From contig CAWFGE010000012.1 in assembly GCA_963815195.1 (NCBI GenBank), forward strand, positions 800,001 through 864,000: DNA of 64,000 bases, in the 5' to 3' direction. Below, in pieces: positions 11,043 to 21,827 of the stretch; position 1 is the stretch's first letter; each line of letters starts with the position of its first letter. Source of the DNA: an uncultured Planctomycetaceae bacterium (GTDB taxonomy: Bacteria; Planctomycetota; Planctomycetia; Planctomycetales; Planctomycetaceae). The notes under the pieces are model-generated. The model ran no database searches, was not told the DNA's origin, and saw only the letters and a list, made by a program, of their open reading frames with translations. The position numbers and the translations under genes were made by a program.

Positions 11043-11441
11043 ATGCCGCACTTCTATGCCCCGTTCACAGCGTCCTGCAACGTAGTGGGCGACATCTTTC
11101 TCTTGGATATTCTGCCGCCTGAGTCGCGGGGCGCGGTCGATTACACGTTGGGAGCCAACGTGGTGCTGGATTTGCCGGAAACGTTGATCGCGCCCGAGTT
11201 GGCCCAGGAATTTGGTGCCGATTCCGTCGGCGAAGAGATCTCGGTGGTACTTCACCAGCGAAGTTTCAAAACCCTCAACATCCATGAGTTTGATCCGATT
11301 CCCGTCAGAATTCGATTCGCACCGCCCCGTCTCGGTCCCAACTACATTCAGATCGGCTTGGACGACCTGCAGAAGTATTTTGAGATCTCTCACTTCGAAA
11401 CCCACATCAGCGAATCCTTCACCACCCTTTCTATTCTTTGA
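11043..11441 (+). CDS. Hypothetical protein resembling a retropepsin-like aspartic protease that lacks the DTG motif
   Basis: ANVVLDLPETLIAPELAQEFG parallels ALxDTGAxxTxIxxxxAxxLG, and IQIGLDDLQKYF parallels LLGxDxLxxF. Confidence 0.5.
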   Translation: MPHFYAPFTASCNVVGDIFLLDILPPESRGAVDYTLGANVVLDLPETLIAPELAQEFGADSVGEEISVVLHQRSFKTLNIHEFDPIPVRIRFAPPRLGPNYIQIGLDDLQKYFEISHFETHISESFTTLSIL

Positions 11442-11576
11442 ACCTCATCCGGAATACGCCGATCGTTGCCGCGAACTGACGACGAGCAGAACCTCGTGAC
11501 TCGGCGGCTCTAGGTAAGGGATTCGGTGTCCGTCGAAACGAGTTCGAGACGTTTTACCGTAACCAAAGGACCAAGG

Positions 11577-12314
11577 ATGGCCGGTTACCGAGAGCATATC
11601 AGCGTCAGCGGCATGTGCGGCGTGGCTTATGGAGCCACCGCGGCGACGCTGCTCGGGTTTACGCCGGTGCAGGGCGCACTCGCCGGCTGCCTGACCTGGG
11701 TCGCGGGAATGCTCCCCGACCTCGACGCCGACGGCGGCAAACCCGTTCGCGAGATTTTCAGCCTGCTGGGGGCCGTCGTTCCGCTCGTCGCAATTCGGCA
11801 TTTGATGCGCTGGTGCGGCAGCGTGGACGGCGTGATCCTCGCCGCCATCGTCGTGTATGCCTTGACCCGCTACGGCGGAGCGGAACTCTTAAAACGGCTC
11901 TCCGTCCACCGCGGCATGTTTCACAGCATCCCCGCGCTGTTCATCTCCGCGGAGCTTGTGTTTCTCGCCTACGTCAGCGAATCCATCCCCGTCAAATGCC
12001 TGATGGCGGGCGGCGTGGCGATCGGCTTTCTCTCGCACCTGCTGCTCGATGAGCTCTACAGCGTGCAGTGGTCCGGCCTCAAATTGAAGCTCGCCAAGTC
12101 CGCCGGCAGCGCGTTCAAGCTCACCAGCTCGCGGCTGATCCCCAACGTGTTTTCCTACGCCTTGCTGATGTTTTTGACCTGGCTCACGCTGATCGATGTG
12201 GGTCTCGTCCGCGATCCCAGCCAGCCGAGCCATCCGCCCACCGCCACGCCGACGGCGCCCGGCAACGTTCAACCCATCCGCCACGCCCTCGAAGATTGGC
12301 CCGAACGCCATTGA
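11577..12314 (+). CDS. Membrane-bound metal-dependent hydrolase (YdjM-like)
   Basis: N-terminal His, LPDLD, HRGMFHS, SHLLLD; several hydrophobic helices. Confidence 0.88.
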   Translation: MAGYREHISVSGMCGVAYGATAATLLGFTPVQGALAGCLTWVAGMLPDLDADGGKPVREIFSLLGAVVPLVAIRHLMRWCGSVDGVILAAIVVYALTRYGGAELLKRLSVHRGMFHSIPALFISAELVFLAYVSESIPVKCLMAGGVAIGFLSHLLLDELYSVQWSGLKLKLAKSAGSAFKLTSSRLIPNVFSYALLMFLTWLTLIDVGLVRDPSQPSHPPTATPTAPGNVQPIRHALEDWPERH

Positions 12315-12323
12315 GGCCCGGAA

Positions 12324-12474
12324 AAGAAACAGGAGCCGCGCACGAAGTAAGCGGAAGCCGGAAGAAACAGGAGCCGCGCACGAAGTAAGCGGAAGCCGGA
12401 AGAAAGAGGAGCCGCGCACGAAGTAAGCGGAAGCCGCGTAAACAACTTCCAACCGCTTACTTCGTGCGCGGCTC
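12324..12474. repeat. BIME-like array: three tandem 38-bp units plus one inverted 22-bp core
   Basis: Core GAGCCGCGCACGAAGTAAGCGG at 12333, 12371 and 12409; reverse complement at 12453-12474; lies between convergent genes. Confidence 0.92.
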
Positions 12475-12487
12475 TTTGGTCTCGGCC

Positions 12488-13573
12488 TCAATAAAACGGC
12501 GGCGGTTCGAGATCGGCTTGATTCGCGGTTTGCGTGTAATGGGCTCGCCCCGCGGGCTGCCAGCCCGGGTCGGGGGAGGCTTCGGCAAACGGCGGCGCCT
12601 CCAAATACGTCCGGCTTTCGGTCGTCCGTTCGCCCGCGGGCGGTTGCGGGACAATCGTCCGCACATTGTTCAAACGCTCGCCCATATCGAACCGCGGCGA
12701 TTCGCGAATGACGGGCAACTGCCAGGTCTGTTCCGGCAAGTCGGACGGATTGATCTCGATGTTGGACAACTCCATCGTCATCGCCATCTCATGCTGCGGC
12801 CAGTCCAGCTCGATCACGTGCGGCATCACAATGCCCGACGGTTCCCGGCGATGCCGCCGCAGCCGCGCTTCCGCCAGCTTTTGCCCGTTCGCATCAAACA
12901 AGCGATGGGCCAGAATCACACCCAAACGAGTGTCCACGACAATCTCCCGCCGCACCGCCTGCTTCGAGGGAGAAACCTCTTCCGAGATGAGCAGCACCGT
13001 ATTCGGCTCCGCTCCCTGTTGTTGCACAAAAATCGAATTGGGATCCAAAGGCACGACGCCCAAGGCTTCCATAATCCAGGCGGGATGAAACGGAATCTCC
13101 AGCCGCTTGCCGACCGCGGCCATGTCCTCATGCCGGGCCGTAAACACATACGAAGGCTTGTTCCGCCGCATCCAGAACCAGAACCGTTCGTTGTTGGAGC
13201 CGAAATCGGCCTCGTCCCCAAACGGCGAACGCGCCCGCAGGCGGAAGTTCTTCTCCCGCTCGACCGCGACTTGTGCGGAGAGCGTCAACTTCATCGGCAG
13301 ATATTTCGACGGCCGGGTGGAGATGCTGGCGTCGGTGCAGCTCCACGAATGCAGATCGCGGATGTTCTGATTGAGGTGCTCGATCAAGGCCTGCTGGGAC
13401 AGCGGCTGCTCGATCGGCTTGATGCCGGTTTCGGGCGCAAAGAACTTGTCGAACACACAGCCCGGCAAGCAGACGCTCGCCAGACACAAAACCAGCAGGT
13501 TCACGGGCGTTCGCAATGGTCGCCGCGAAAACGAAAGAGTGCCCAGAGCGGGGTCCATCCCATTCTCCTGCAA
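12488..13573 (-). CDS. Hypothetical lipoprotein (possibly LolA/LolB-like beta fold)
   Basis: LLVLCLASVCLPGC lipobox-like segment; EREKNFRL, DFGSNNERFWFW, PFHPAWIMEALG. The true start may lie downstream of 13573. Confidence 0.75.
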   Translation of the reverse strand: MQENGMDPALGTLSFSRRPLRTPVNLLVLCLASVCLPGCVFDKFFAPETGIKPIEQPLSQQALIEHLNQNIRDLHSWSCTDASISTRPSKYLPMKLTLSAQVAVEREKNFRLRARSPFGDEADFGSNNERFWFWMRRNKPSYVFTARHEDMAAVGKRLEIPFHPAWIMEALGVVPLDPNSIFVQQQGAEPNTVLLISEEVSPSKQAVRREIVVDTRLGVILAHRLFDANGQKLAEARLRRHRREPSGIVMPHVIELDWPQHEMAMTMELSNIEINPSDLPEQTWQLPVIRESPRFDMGERLNNVRTIVPQPPAGERTTESRTYLEAPPFAEASPDPGWQPAGRAHYTQTANQADLEPPPFY

Positions 13574-13652
13574 GGGGGCCGGAAATCATTCCCGCCGAAA
13601 AATCGATCCTTGATTTATCCATTGCGCCACGGCCGTCGTGGCCCGATTTCGG

Positions 13653-14145
13653 TTATTCCTCATCCAGGGCGGACAAGTGGGCGTTCAAATCACTTTGGAG
13701 CTGCTGGATTTCGTCAGGCGTCAAATGTTGGTCTCGGACCTCGAACGGTCCTTCGGATCGGCTGCCGATCAGTTGCAGATATTCAATCTCCCCGTCTTGC
13801 CGGGATCCTTCCAACTGCAAGCGGCGTTTTTGCAAGAGCAACAGCGCCACCACGTAGCGGAATTTTTGCTGCATCGGGTTTTGATCTTCCGCCGTGTCCT
13901 CGAAGTACCGGAACAAGACTTCGGGATCGAGCGGCTTCGGGCCGGACTCCACGGGTTGGGGCATGAGGCATTTCCAATGCGCCAACATGCCTTCGGGCGG
14001 GCCCGTCCAGCCTTCCTCGGAAAAATCCAAGCGGATTCTGTTCGTGCCCTCGGTCCACCAACACCGAATGCACTGGGGTGCCGGGGACCAAAGGCTCGCC
14101 CGTCGCCGCACAGGTTTTTCCCACAGGCTTGATTCGATAACTCAT
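13653..14145 (-). CDS. Hypothetical protein; apparent extra A at about 14036
   Basis: MSYRIKPVGKTCAATGEPLVPGTPVHSVLVD continues, after removing 1 nt, as IRLDFSEEGW...FRYVVALLLLQKRRL (span 493 nt = 3n+1). Confidence 0.75.
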
Positions 14146-14375
14146 TCGCCGACCACAACGAGAAAACGCATCCATCTTTACAGGCGAAAGGGTGAGGGAT
14201 CGTAATGGAACATCGGCCCTCCAACAAGGCCAGTATTTCTTTCCACGAATTCCCGATTTCACAGAAATTCCGCAATTCCTACTCGAACCGCGCGGGGACT
14301 TTGGAAATTGATTCGTCCGATTCAATGAACTCCGAGATGATTTCGCAAATTTATGCCGCATAAGTATCTGGATTG

Positions 14376-14404
14376 TTGACATCTCCCGCGCGGGTGGGTA
14401 TTTT
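14376..14404 (+). promoter_or_regulatory. Putative sigma70-type promoter for the PadR-like gene
   Basis: TTGACA, 17-nt spacer, TATTTT; 40 nt upstream of ATG 14444. Confidence 0.55.
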
Positions 14405-14443
14405 CCCTTCCCGAGACGATTCGCTTTTGCATTCGCCGGCGTC

Positions 14444-14893
14444 ATGGACTATAAACCCCTGCCAATTCCAACCTTAACGCATTTGCAAGTGCTGATTTGC
14501 TGGGCGCTCCAATCGCCGTATTGGGAAGGATTGACCGTCCGCGACTTATTGGCTTTGCTCAAACGGCACGGCGAGAACATGAGCGAGTCGGCGTTTTATC
14601 AGTTGATGCAGCGCCTGGAAACCGCCGGCTACGTCGACAGCGAGATTACGCCTCCCGCCTCCAAACGCCGGCGGTCGCGGCTCTTGTCCCGCTGGTATCG
14701 CCTCACCCGCGACGGCCGGGAGGAACTGGCCCGCACGATGGAGTTCTATCAAGCCCACATGCAGCACCCCAAGCGGTTTTTCTGTGCCGATTTTAACGTC
14801 AGCCTGTTGACCGAAGACGACTGGAACGGCGACCGGGCCATCAAAAGCCTGCCCGACTTGTCCGAAGAAAACGAGACCCGCGAACCACACTAA
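14444..14893 (+). CDS. PadR-like winged-helix transcription regulator
   Basis: SESAFYQLMQRLETAGYVDS...RWYRLTRDGREEL. Confidence 0.78.
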   Translation: MDYKPLPIPTLTHLQVLICWALQSPYWEGLTVRDLLALLKRHGENMSESAFYQLMQRLETAGYVDSEITPPASKRRRSRLLSRWYRLTRDGREELARTMEFYQAHMQHPKRFFCADFNVSLLTEDDWNGDRAIKSLPDLSEENETREPH

Positions 14894-14986
14894 CGCAGCG
14901 ACGCCCCAATCAATGTAGCGGCGGCGTCTGGAAGCCCCCGCTACGAAGATTCCCGCCATCTCCATTAACCGCATGAGGACACGCGA

Positions 14987-16276
<1,290 letters not shown>

Positions 16277-16307
16277 TGTCCAACCTATAGATACATCGCT
16301 GCTTTGT

Positions 16308-16340
16308 CCCTTCTCCCCTCGGGGGAGAGGCTCAGGGGGC
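16308..16340. repeat. REP-like palindrome related to 7502-7536
   Basis: CCCTTCTCCCCTCGGGGGAGAGGCTCAGGGGGC. Confidence 0.6.
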
Positions 16341-16412
16341 CTCGACGCGAGAATCCTAAAGTTATTCAACAACACCCACGAAATCTAAATAGTCGCTTTG
16401 GAGCTATATAAC

Positions 16413-17297
16413 ATGTCCGACAATCCGCTCGATCACGACTTCAATAAAAAATCCGAGTTCCTCGTCGGCATCGACTCGGACGGCTGCGCCTTCGATACGA
16501 TGGAGATCAAGCACAAAGAATGCTTCATCCCTAACACCGTGAAATACTTCGGCTTGCAATCGGTGTCTAAATATGCCCGCGAAGCTGCGGAGTTTGTCAA
16601 TCTGTATTCCAAATGGCGGGGCATCAACCGCTTCCCCGCCCTCACGATGACGCTGGATCTTTTGGAAGACCGCCCCGAAGTCAAAAACCGCGGCACGAGA
16701 ATCCCCAAGCTCCAAGGCCTTCGGGACTGGATCGAACGCGAAACCAAGCTCGGCAATCCGGCCCTGACCGCGGAAGTCGAAAAGACGGGAGATGCAGACC
16801 TTAAACTGGTGCTCGCGTGGTCTACCGCGGTCAATAATATGGTTGAAGATATGGTCCACGGGGTGGCTCCGTTCCCGTTCGTGAAGCAGAGCCTGGAAAA
16901 ACTCGCCCCGCTCTCAGAGATGATTGTCTGCTCAGCCACTCCCAATGCCGCCTTAAAAAAAGAATGGGAAGAGCACAGCATCGACCAATATGTCCAGGCG
17001 ATTTGTGGCCAGGAAGCCGGCAGCAAAAAAGAAACCCTCGGCCAGGCGAAAGAATTCGGCTACGACGACAATAAGACACTGATGATCGGCGACGCCCCCG
17101 GCGACATGAAAGCGGCCAAAGCGGTGGGGGCGTTGTTCTTCCCTATCAACCCCGGCCGCGAGGAGGCGAGTTGGGAGCGATTCTATAAGGAGGCCTGCGA
17201 CAAGTTCCTGAATGGTGAATATGCGGGAGATTATGAAAAGCAACTCATCGCCGAGTTCGACGAATACCTCCCCGAACTCCCCCCGTGGAAACGCTGA
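16413..17297 (+). CDS. HAD-superfamily hydrolase
   Basis: Motif I DSDGCAFD, motif II CSAT, motif III K, motif IV MIGDAPGD. Confidence 0.88.
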   Translation: MSDNPLDHDFNKKSEFLVGIDSDGCAFDTMEIKHKECFIPNTVKYFGLQSVSKYAREAAEFVNLYSKWRGINRFPALTMTLDLLEDRPEVKNRGTRIPKLQGLRDWIERETKLGNPALTAEVEKTGDADLKLVLAWSTAVNNMVEDMVHGVAPFPFVKQSLEKLAPLSEMIVCSATPNAALKKEWEEHSIDQYVQAICGQEAGSKKETLGQAKEFGYDDNKTLMIGDAPGDMKAAKAVGALFFPINPGREEASWERFYKEACDKFLNGEYAGDYEKQLIAEFDEYLPELPPWKR

Positions 17298-17374
17298 GGC
17301 TCGATGCATGCTCGTGGCAAATAGGTCCTTTCGATAACTTTGCTATATCTCGCTCTCTAAGGAATAAAACAACC

Positions 17375-18839
17375 ATGTCACAACACGATATCGGACTCGT
17401 CGGCCTCGCGGTGATGGGACAGAATCTTGTCCTCAATATGGCCAACCATGGGTTTTCCGTCGGAGTGTTTAACCGCACCACAAGCGTCACGGATGAATTC
17501 GTCGGCGAACTTTCCAACCGGCCGGCGGATGTCGTTCATGAAGGCACGCCGAAACGGATTCAAGGCTATCATTCGCTCAAGGAACTGGTCGAGAACCTCA
17601 AATCCCCCCGCCGGGTGATGATTATGGTCAAAGCCGGCGCTCCGGTGGATGCGGTGATCAATGAACTGACGACGCTGCTTTCCCCGGGCGATATCCTCAT
17701 CGACGGCGGCAATTCCGATTTCAATGACACCAATCGGCGATCCGAGGCGCTTAGGAACGCGGGCTTTCAGTTTATCGGCACCGGCGTTTCCGGCGGGGAA
17801 GAAGGCGCCCTCAAGGGGCCCAGCATCATGCCCGGCGGCCACCACGAAGCCTGGCCGCACGTCAAAGACATTTTGCAATCCATCAGCGCCAAAGTCGGCC
17901 CGAACCATGACATCCCCTGCTGCGACTGGGTCGGTGAAAACGGGGCGGGCCACTATGTCAAAATGGTCCACAACGGAATTGAATACGGCGATATGCAGCT
18001 CATCTGCGAAGCCTATTTTCTCCTGAAACACACGCTCGATCTCGCGAACGAAGAACTCTATCAAGTCTTCAGCGAATGGGACAAAGGCGAACTGGATAGT
18101 TACTTGATCGAGATCACCCGCGACATTTTCACGGTGATCGACCCCGACACCGGGGATTATCTGGTCGATAAAATTCTCGACACCGCACAGCAAAAGGGCA
18201 CCGGCAAATGGATGAGCCAGCATGCCCTCGACCTGGGCGTGCCGACGACGTTGATCACCGAAGCCGTGTATGCCCGCTGCCTCTCGGCTCAAAAAGAAGC
18301 CCGCGTCCGGGCGTCCAAAGTGCTCTCCGGTCCGGACGCCAAGTTTAAAGGAAACAAGCAGCAGTTTATCGAAGATGTCCGCCAGGCGCTTTATGCTTCG
18401 AAACTCGTCAGCTATGCCCAGGGTTATGTGCAACTCGATGCCGCGGCTAGGGAGTTCGGCTGGACGCTCAACAACGGCAGCATCGCCCTGTTGTGGCGCG
18501 GCGGTTGTATTATCCGCTCCACGTTCCTCGAAGACATTAAGTCGGCCTTCGATAAAGATCCGAATCTAGAAAACCTGCTGCTGGACGACTTCTTTAAGTC
18601 GGCCATTGACAAAGCCCAGCCGAGTTGGCGGCGGGTGGTGGCGACGGCGGTGGAACTCGGCTTGCCCGTCCCGGGATTCGCCGCCGCGCTCAGCTACTAT
18701 GACGGCTACCGCCGCGACCGGCTGCCGGCCAACTTGCTGCAAGTCCCAGCGCGACTACTTCGGCGCCCACACCTACCGCCGGGTCGATAAGGAAGGCACG
18801 TTCCACACCGATTGGATTCACGAACGCAAGCTCAGCTAG
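17375..18839 (+). CDS. gnd: NADP-dependent 6-phosphogluconate dehydrogenase (decarboxylating); apparent 1-nt insertion at about 18744
   Basis: GLAVMG, NRT, GVSGGEEGA, VKMVHNGIEYGDMQ, QKGTG. The conserved QRDYFGAHTY continues in the next frame to TAG 18839. Confidence 0.95.
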
Positions 18840-18902
18840 GCGCGGTTTGTCAGCCTTTCAACTCGGGGCGATTTATGCGGCTATTGTTCTTAGGAAAATG
18901 CC

Positions 18903-19844
18903 GTGGCGAATCCTTTGTTTCCCCAGTTCTATTGTCCGAGTTGCCGAACTCGTTTAAGCCAGCCTTTGCCCGAGTTGCTGGTTTGCGAAGAGTGCCAAAG
19001 CGAGTATCCGATTTTGGGCGGGATTCCGCGGTTTGTGCAGGAACAGCATTTGGCGAGTTTTGGATTTCAGTGGAATCAATATGAGGTCGCCCACCCCGAG
19101 GAAGACCGGGCGACGTTCGAGGCGAAAACGGGGTTTCGTCTTGCGGATCTCGCGGGGCGCGACGTTCTCGATGCGGGCTGCGGCGGGGGGCGATATTCGA
19201 AAATCGCAGCCCAAGCGGGGGCGAACGTCCTGGGAGCCGACCACACCAGCGCCGTGGAGAAAGCGGCCGATTTATGCCGGGATTCAGACCGTGCGAACTT
19301 TATACAAGCCGATTTGAAGAACCTGCCGCTCGCGGAAGCTTCGTTCGATGCCGCGTTTTCAATCGGGGTGATGCATCACGATCAGGAGACCCGCGCGGTG
19401 TTTGACGCCGTCGCCAAGATGGTGAAGCCCGGCGGCCGGCTGGCGGTTTGGCTTTACCGCCGCAACCAGTGGTGGCAGGAAGGGATCAATCGCTTTCTTA
19501 GAAAACGCACGGTTCCTATGTCGCCGCCAAAACTGGAAAGGCTTGCGAAACTCGGGGCGTGGTTGGGCGGGATTCCCCTCGTCAATAAGACGCTCAATAA
19601 GGTTCTCAATTTCAGCAACCACCCCAACTACGAGAACCGCGTCTGCGACACCTATGACTGGTACGCCCCGGCCTACCAGCACCATCACACCACGGAAGAA
19701 CTTTGCCAATGGTTTCGCGAGGCGGGTTATGACAACCTCGTGATCCTCCCGCCCGAAAAACGTGGCCGATTCTATATGTGGAGCTATCGCCTGAACCTGA
19801 TCATCGGCAGCGGCGTCAACGTGCAAGGCACGCGGCGGACCTAG
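18903..19844 (+). CDS. Class I SAM-dependent methyltransferase with N-terminal Trm112-like Cys4 module
   Basis: CPSC...CEEC...YPILGGIPRF; LDAGCGGG; GVMHH; VKPGG. Confidence 0.88.
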   Translation: MANPLFPQFYCPSCRTRLSQPLPELLVCEECQSEYPILGGIPRFVQEQHLASFGFQWNQYEVAHPEEDRATFEAKTGFRLADLAGRDVLDAGCGGGRYSKIAAQAGANVLGADHTSAVEKAADLCRDSDRANFIQADLKNLPLAEASFDAAFSIGVMHHDQETRAVFDAVAKMVKPGGRLAVWLYRRNQWWQEGINRFLRKRTVPMSPPKLERLAKLGAWLGGIPLVNKTLNKVLNFSNHPNYENRVCDTYDWYAPAYQHHHTTEELCQWFREAGYDNLVILPPEKRGRFYMWSYRLNLIIGSGVNVQGTRRT

Positions 19845-19876
19845 TTTCGACAATTCTCGCGGCTCGAACGAGGCAT

Positions 19877-21580
19877 CTAGGATTCTGCGTCGGCTTCCGT
19901 ATCGGGGGGACTCTTGACGACGCTCGTCCACAACCAGCGAGACTGGTCTTCGCCGATGCGCGTCTGAAACACGAGGTTTAAGATATGACAACTCAGGATC
20001 GTCGCCAGCCAGGATGTGGGCACCACGAGGTGCGTGGAAAAGGGTTGATCGAAAAACTCCATGCTATAGCTCGTGGAGATGCCCACCGCTTCGCCGATGA
20101 GGACCGCGGGAATGACCGTGGCGGCCGTTGCCCGCCGGGAAAACATCGCCAGGATAAACAGCCCGCCCAAGGGCCCGAGAAAACAATTGAACCCCTTCTG
20201 GGTGAGCGAGATAATATCGGTGCCTTTCGAGATATGATAGATAAGCACGGTGACCGCGACGATCACGACCCCCATCGCAGCGGTGAGGAAGCGGGCGACT
20301 TTCAACTCCGACGCATCGCTCGATTGATGGGAATTGCGCGGGCGGACGAAGTCGATGGTGACAATCGTGGAGATCGAGTTGGCCCCGGAGTCGATGGTGG
20401 ACATTGCCGCCGCGAAGAGTGCCGCCACGACAAGCCCGCGCATCCCCGCCGGCAAAAAGGTCGAGATGAACTGCGGGAAGATCTTGTCCTGGGCTTCGGT
20501 CCGCGCTTTGTGAAGTTCCTGCCGGGTGGCTTGGTCCGCACCGTGGGGCAGCATGGCCTCGAGTTGCGGTTTCGCGGGCAGATGGTTTTCCGGCAGCCGA
20601 ATAAAGTGGAGCAGCGACAATCCGACCCCCGCCAAGAGCACGCCGAGTCCGAAACTGGCCAGTGCGCTGACTAAATAGCTTCGCCGAGCGGCCGCGATGT
20701 CTTTGACGGAAAAATACCGCTGAAGCGCGACCTGGTTCGCACCGTGCGTGCAGAGGAACCAGAACGTCATGCCCACGGTAATAAAACACACCGTGGACCG
20801 GTTGCCGATGTCCCAACTCGCCCATTCGACGGATTCGCGGTGCGGGTAGGCTTCAAACGAGCGGAGCCAATCGTCGAGGCCGGAGTTCGTGATGTAGGCG
20901 ATATAGCCGATCGTGTAAATCGCGCCGGCCACCAGGATGAAGAACTGCACCACGTCGGTCCACACGACCGCCCGCATCCCGCCGAGCGTGGTATAGAACA
21001 CCGAAAACAGTCCGATCGAGAGAATTAGCGCGTGCAAGTCGGCATCGCGGTATTGGGGAGTCGTCGCGGTCGCGGCGTGGTTGACGCCGAAAAACCAATC
21101 CAGATCGAGCACCACAATTTCCGCCATCGCCCGCGAGGCCGTGAGTACGACAACCGACATCCAACCCAGCAATAGCAAAATGCAAAACGCGGCGGCGAGG
21201 GCGCGGACGGAATAATTGAAACGCCGTTCGAGATATTCGTACGCGCTGGTCAACCTCATCCGCATGAAGAAAGGCAGGAAAACGTACCAGACCACAACGA
21301 GAACAATGGGAACCCCGAGTTGCCGGGTCAAAAAGCCGAGCCCCGTGCGGAACATTTCGCCGGGCATGCCCAGGTAGGTGATGGTGGACAGCAGCGAAGC
21401 CAGCAGGCTGATGCCGACGGCCCACGCCGGAAGGTTGCGGCCGCCCACGAAAAAATCGTCCGTCGAATGCTGGCGGACGGCAATTCGCACGCCCATCACG
21501 AGCATGGATAACAGATACACGCCAACGACGGCGTGATCCCAGATCGTCAACCCGCGGTCGGCTTGCGCGAGAAGCAGCAT
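19877..21580 (-). CDS. Sodium:solute symporter (SSS family)
   Basis: FFVGGRNLP, SAYEYLERRF, GGMRAVVWTDVVQ, QVALQRY, AAAMSTIDS; many transmembrane helices. Confidence 0.93.
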   Translation of the reverse strand: MLLLAQADRGLTIWDHAVVGVYLLSMLVMGVRIAVRQHSTDDFFVGGRNLPAWAVGISLLASLLSTITYLGMPGEMFRTGLGFLTRQLGVPIVLVVVWYVFLPFFMRMRLTSAYEYLERRFNYSVRALAAAFCILLLLGWMSVVVLTASRAMAEIVVLDLDWFFGVNHAATATTPQYRDADLHALILSIGLFSVFYTTLGGMRAVVWTDVVQFFILVAGAIYTIGYIAYITNSGLDDWLRSFEAYPHRESVEWASWDIGNRSTVCFITVGMTFWFLCTHGANQVALQRYFSVKDIAAARRSYLVSALASFGLGVLLAGVGLSLLHFIRLPENHLPAKPQLEAMLPHGADQATRQELHKARTEAQDKIFPQFISTFLPAGMRGLVVAALFAAAMSTIDSGANSISTIVTIDFVRPRNSHQSSDASELKVARFLTAAMGVVIVAVTVLIYHISKGTDIISLTQKGFNCFLGPLGGLFILAMFSRRATAATVIPAVLIGEAVGISTSYSMEFFDQPFSTHLVVPTSWLATILSCHILNLVFQTRIGEDQSRWLWTSVVKSPPDTEADAES

Positions 21581-21827
21581 GAAGGATTCTCTTGAAAGAG
21601 GAAGCACCTATGGAAAATCGCGAAGGACTCGATTGTACCAGTCCGAACCCATTCTTCCATCGCGAGGGAGGATTGTCCGTGCCGCCTCGGAATTCACAAC
21701 GCACCATTCATAACAACGAGAACCGCGCGAAGAATTCCCGGGGTATGTTTGAAGAATCCCGGGCGGATCGCTTACCATCAGGTATTCCCCCAATCGCTTT
21801 TTTGTTCCTGGATGTGGAGTTCGCGAT

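Noticed and set aside
12324..12474. Possible CRISPR array
   Set aside because: The linkers are only 16 nt and nearly identical, the core also occurs inverted and elsewhere in the window, and there are no cas genes.
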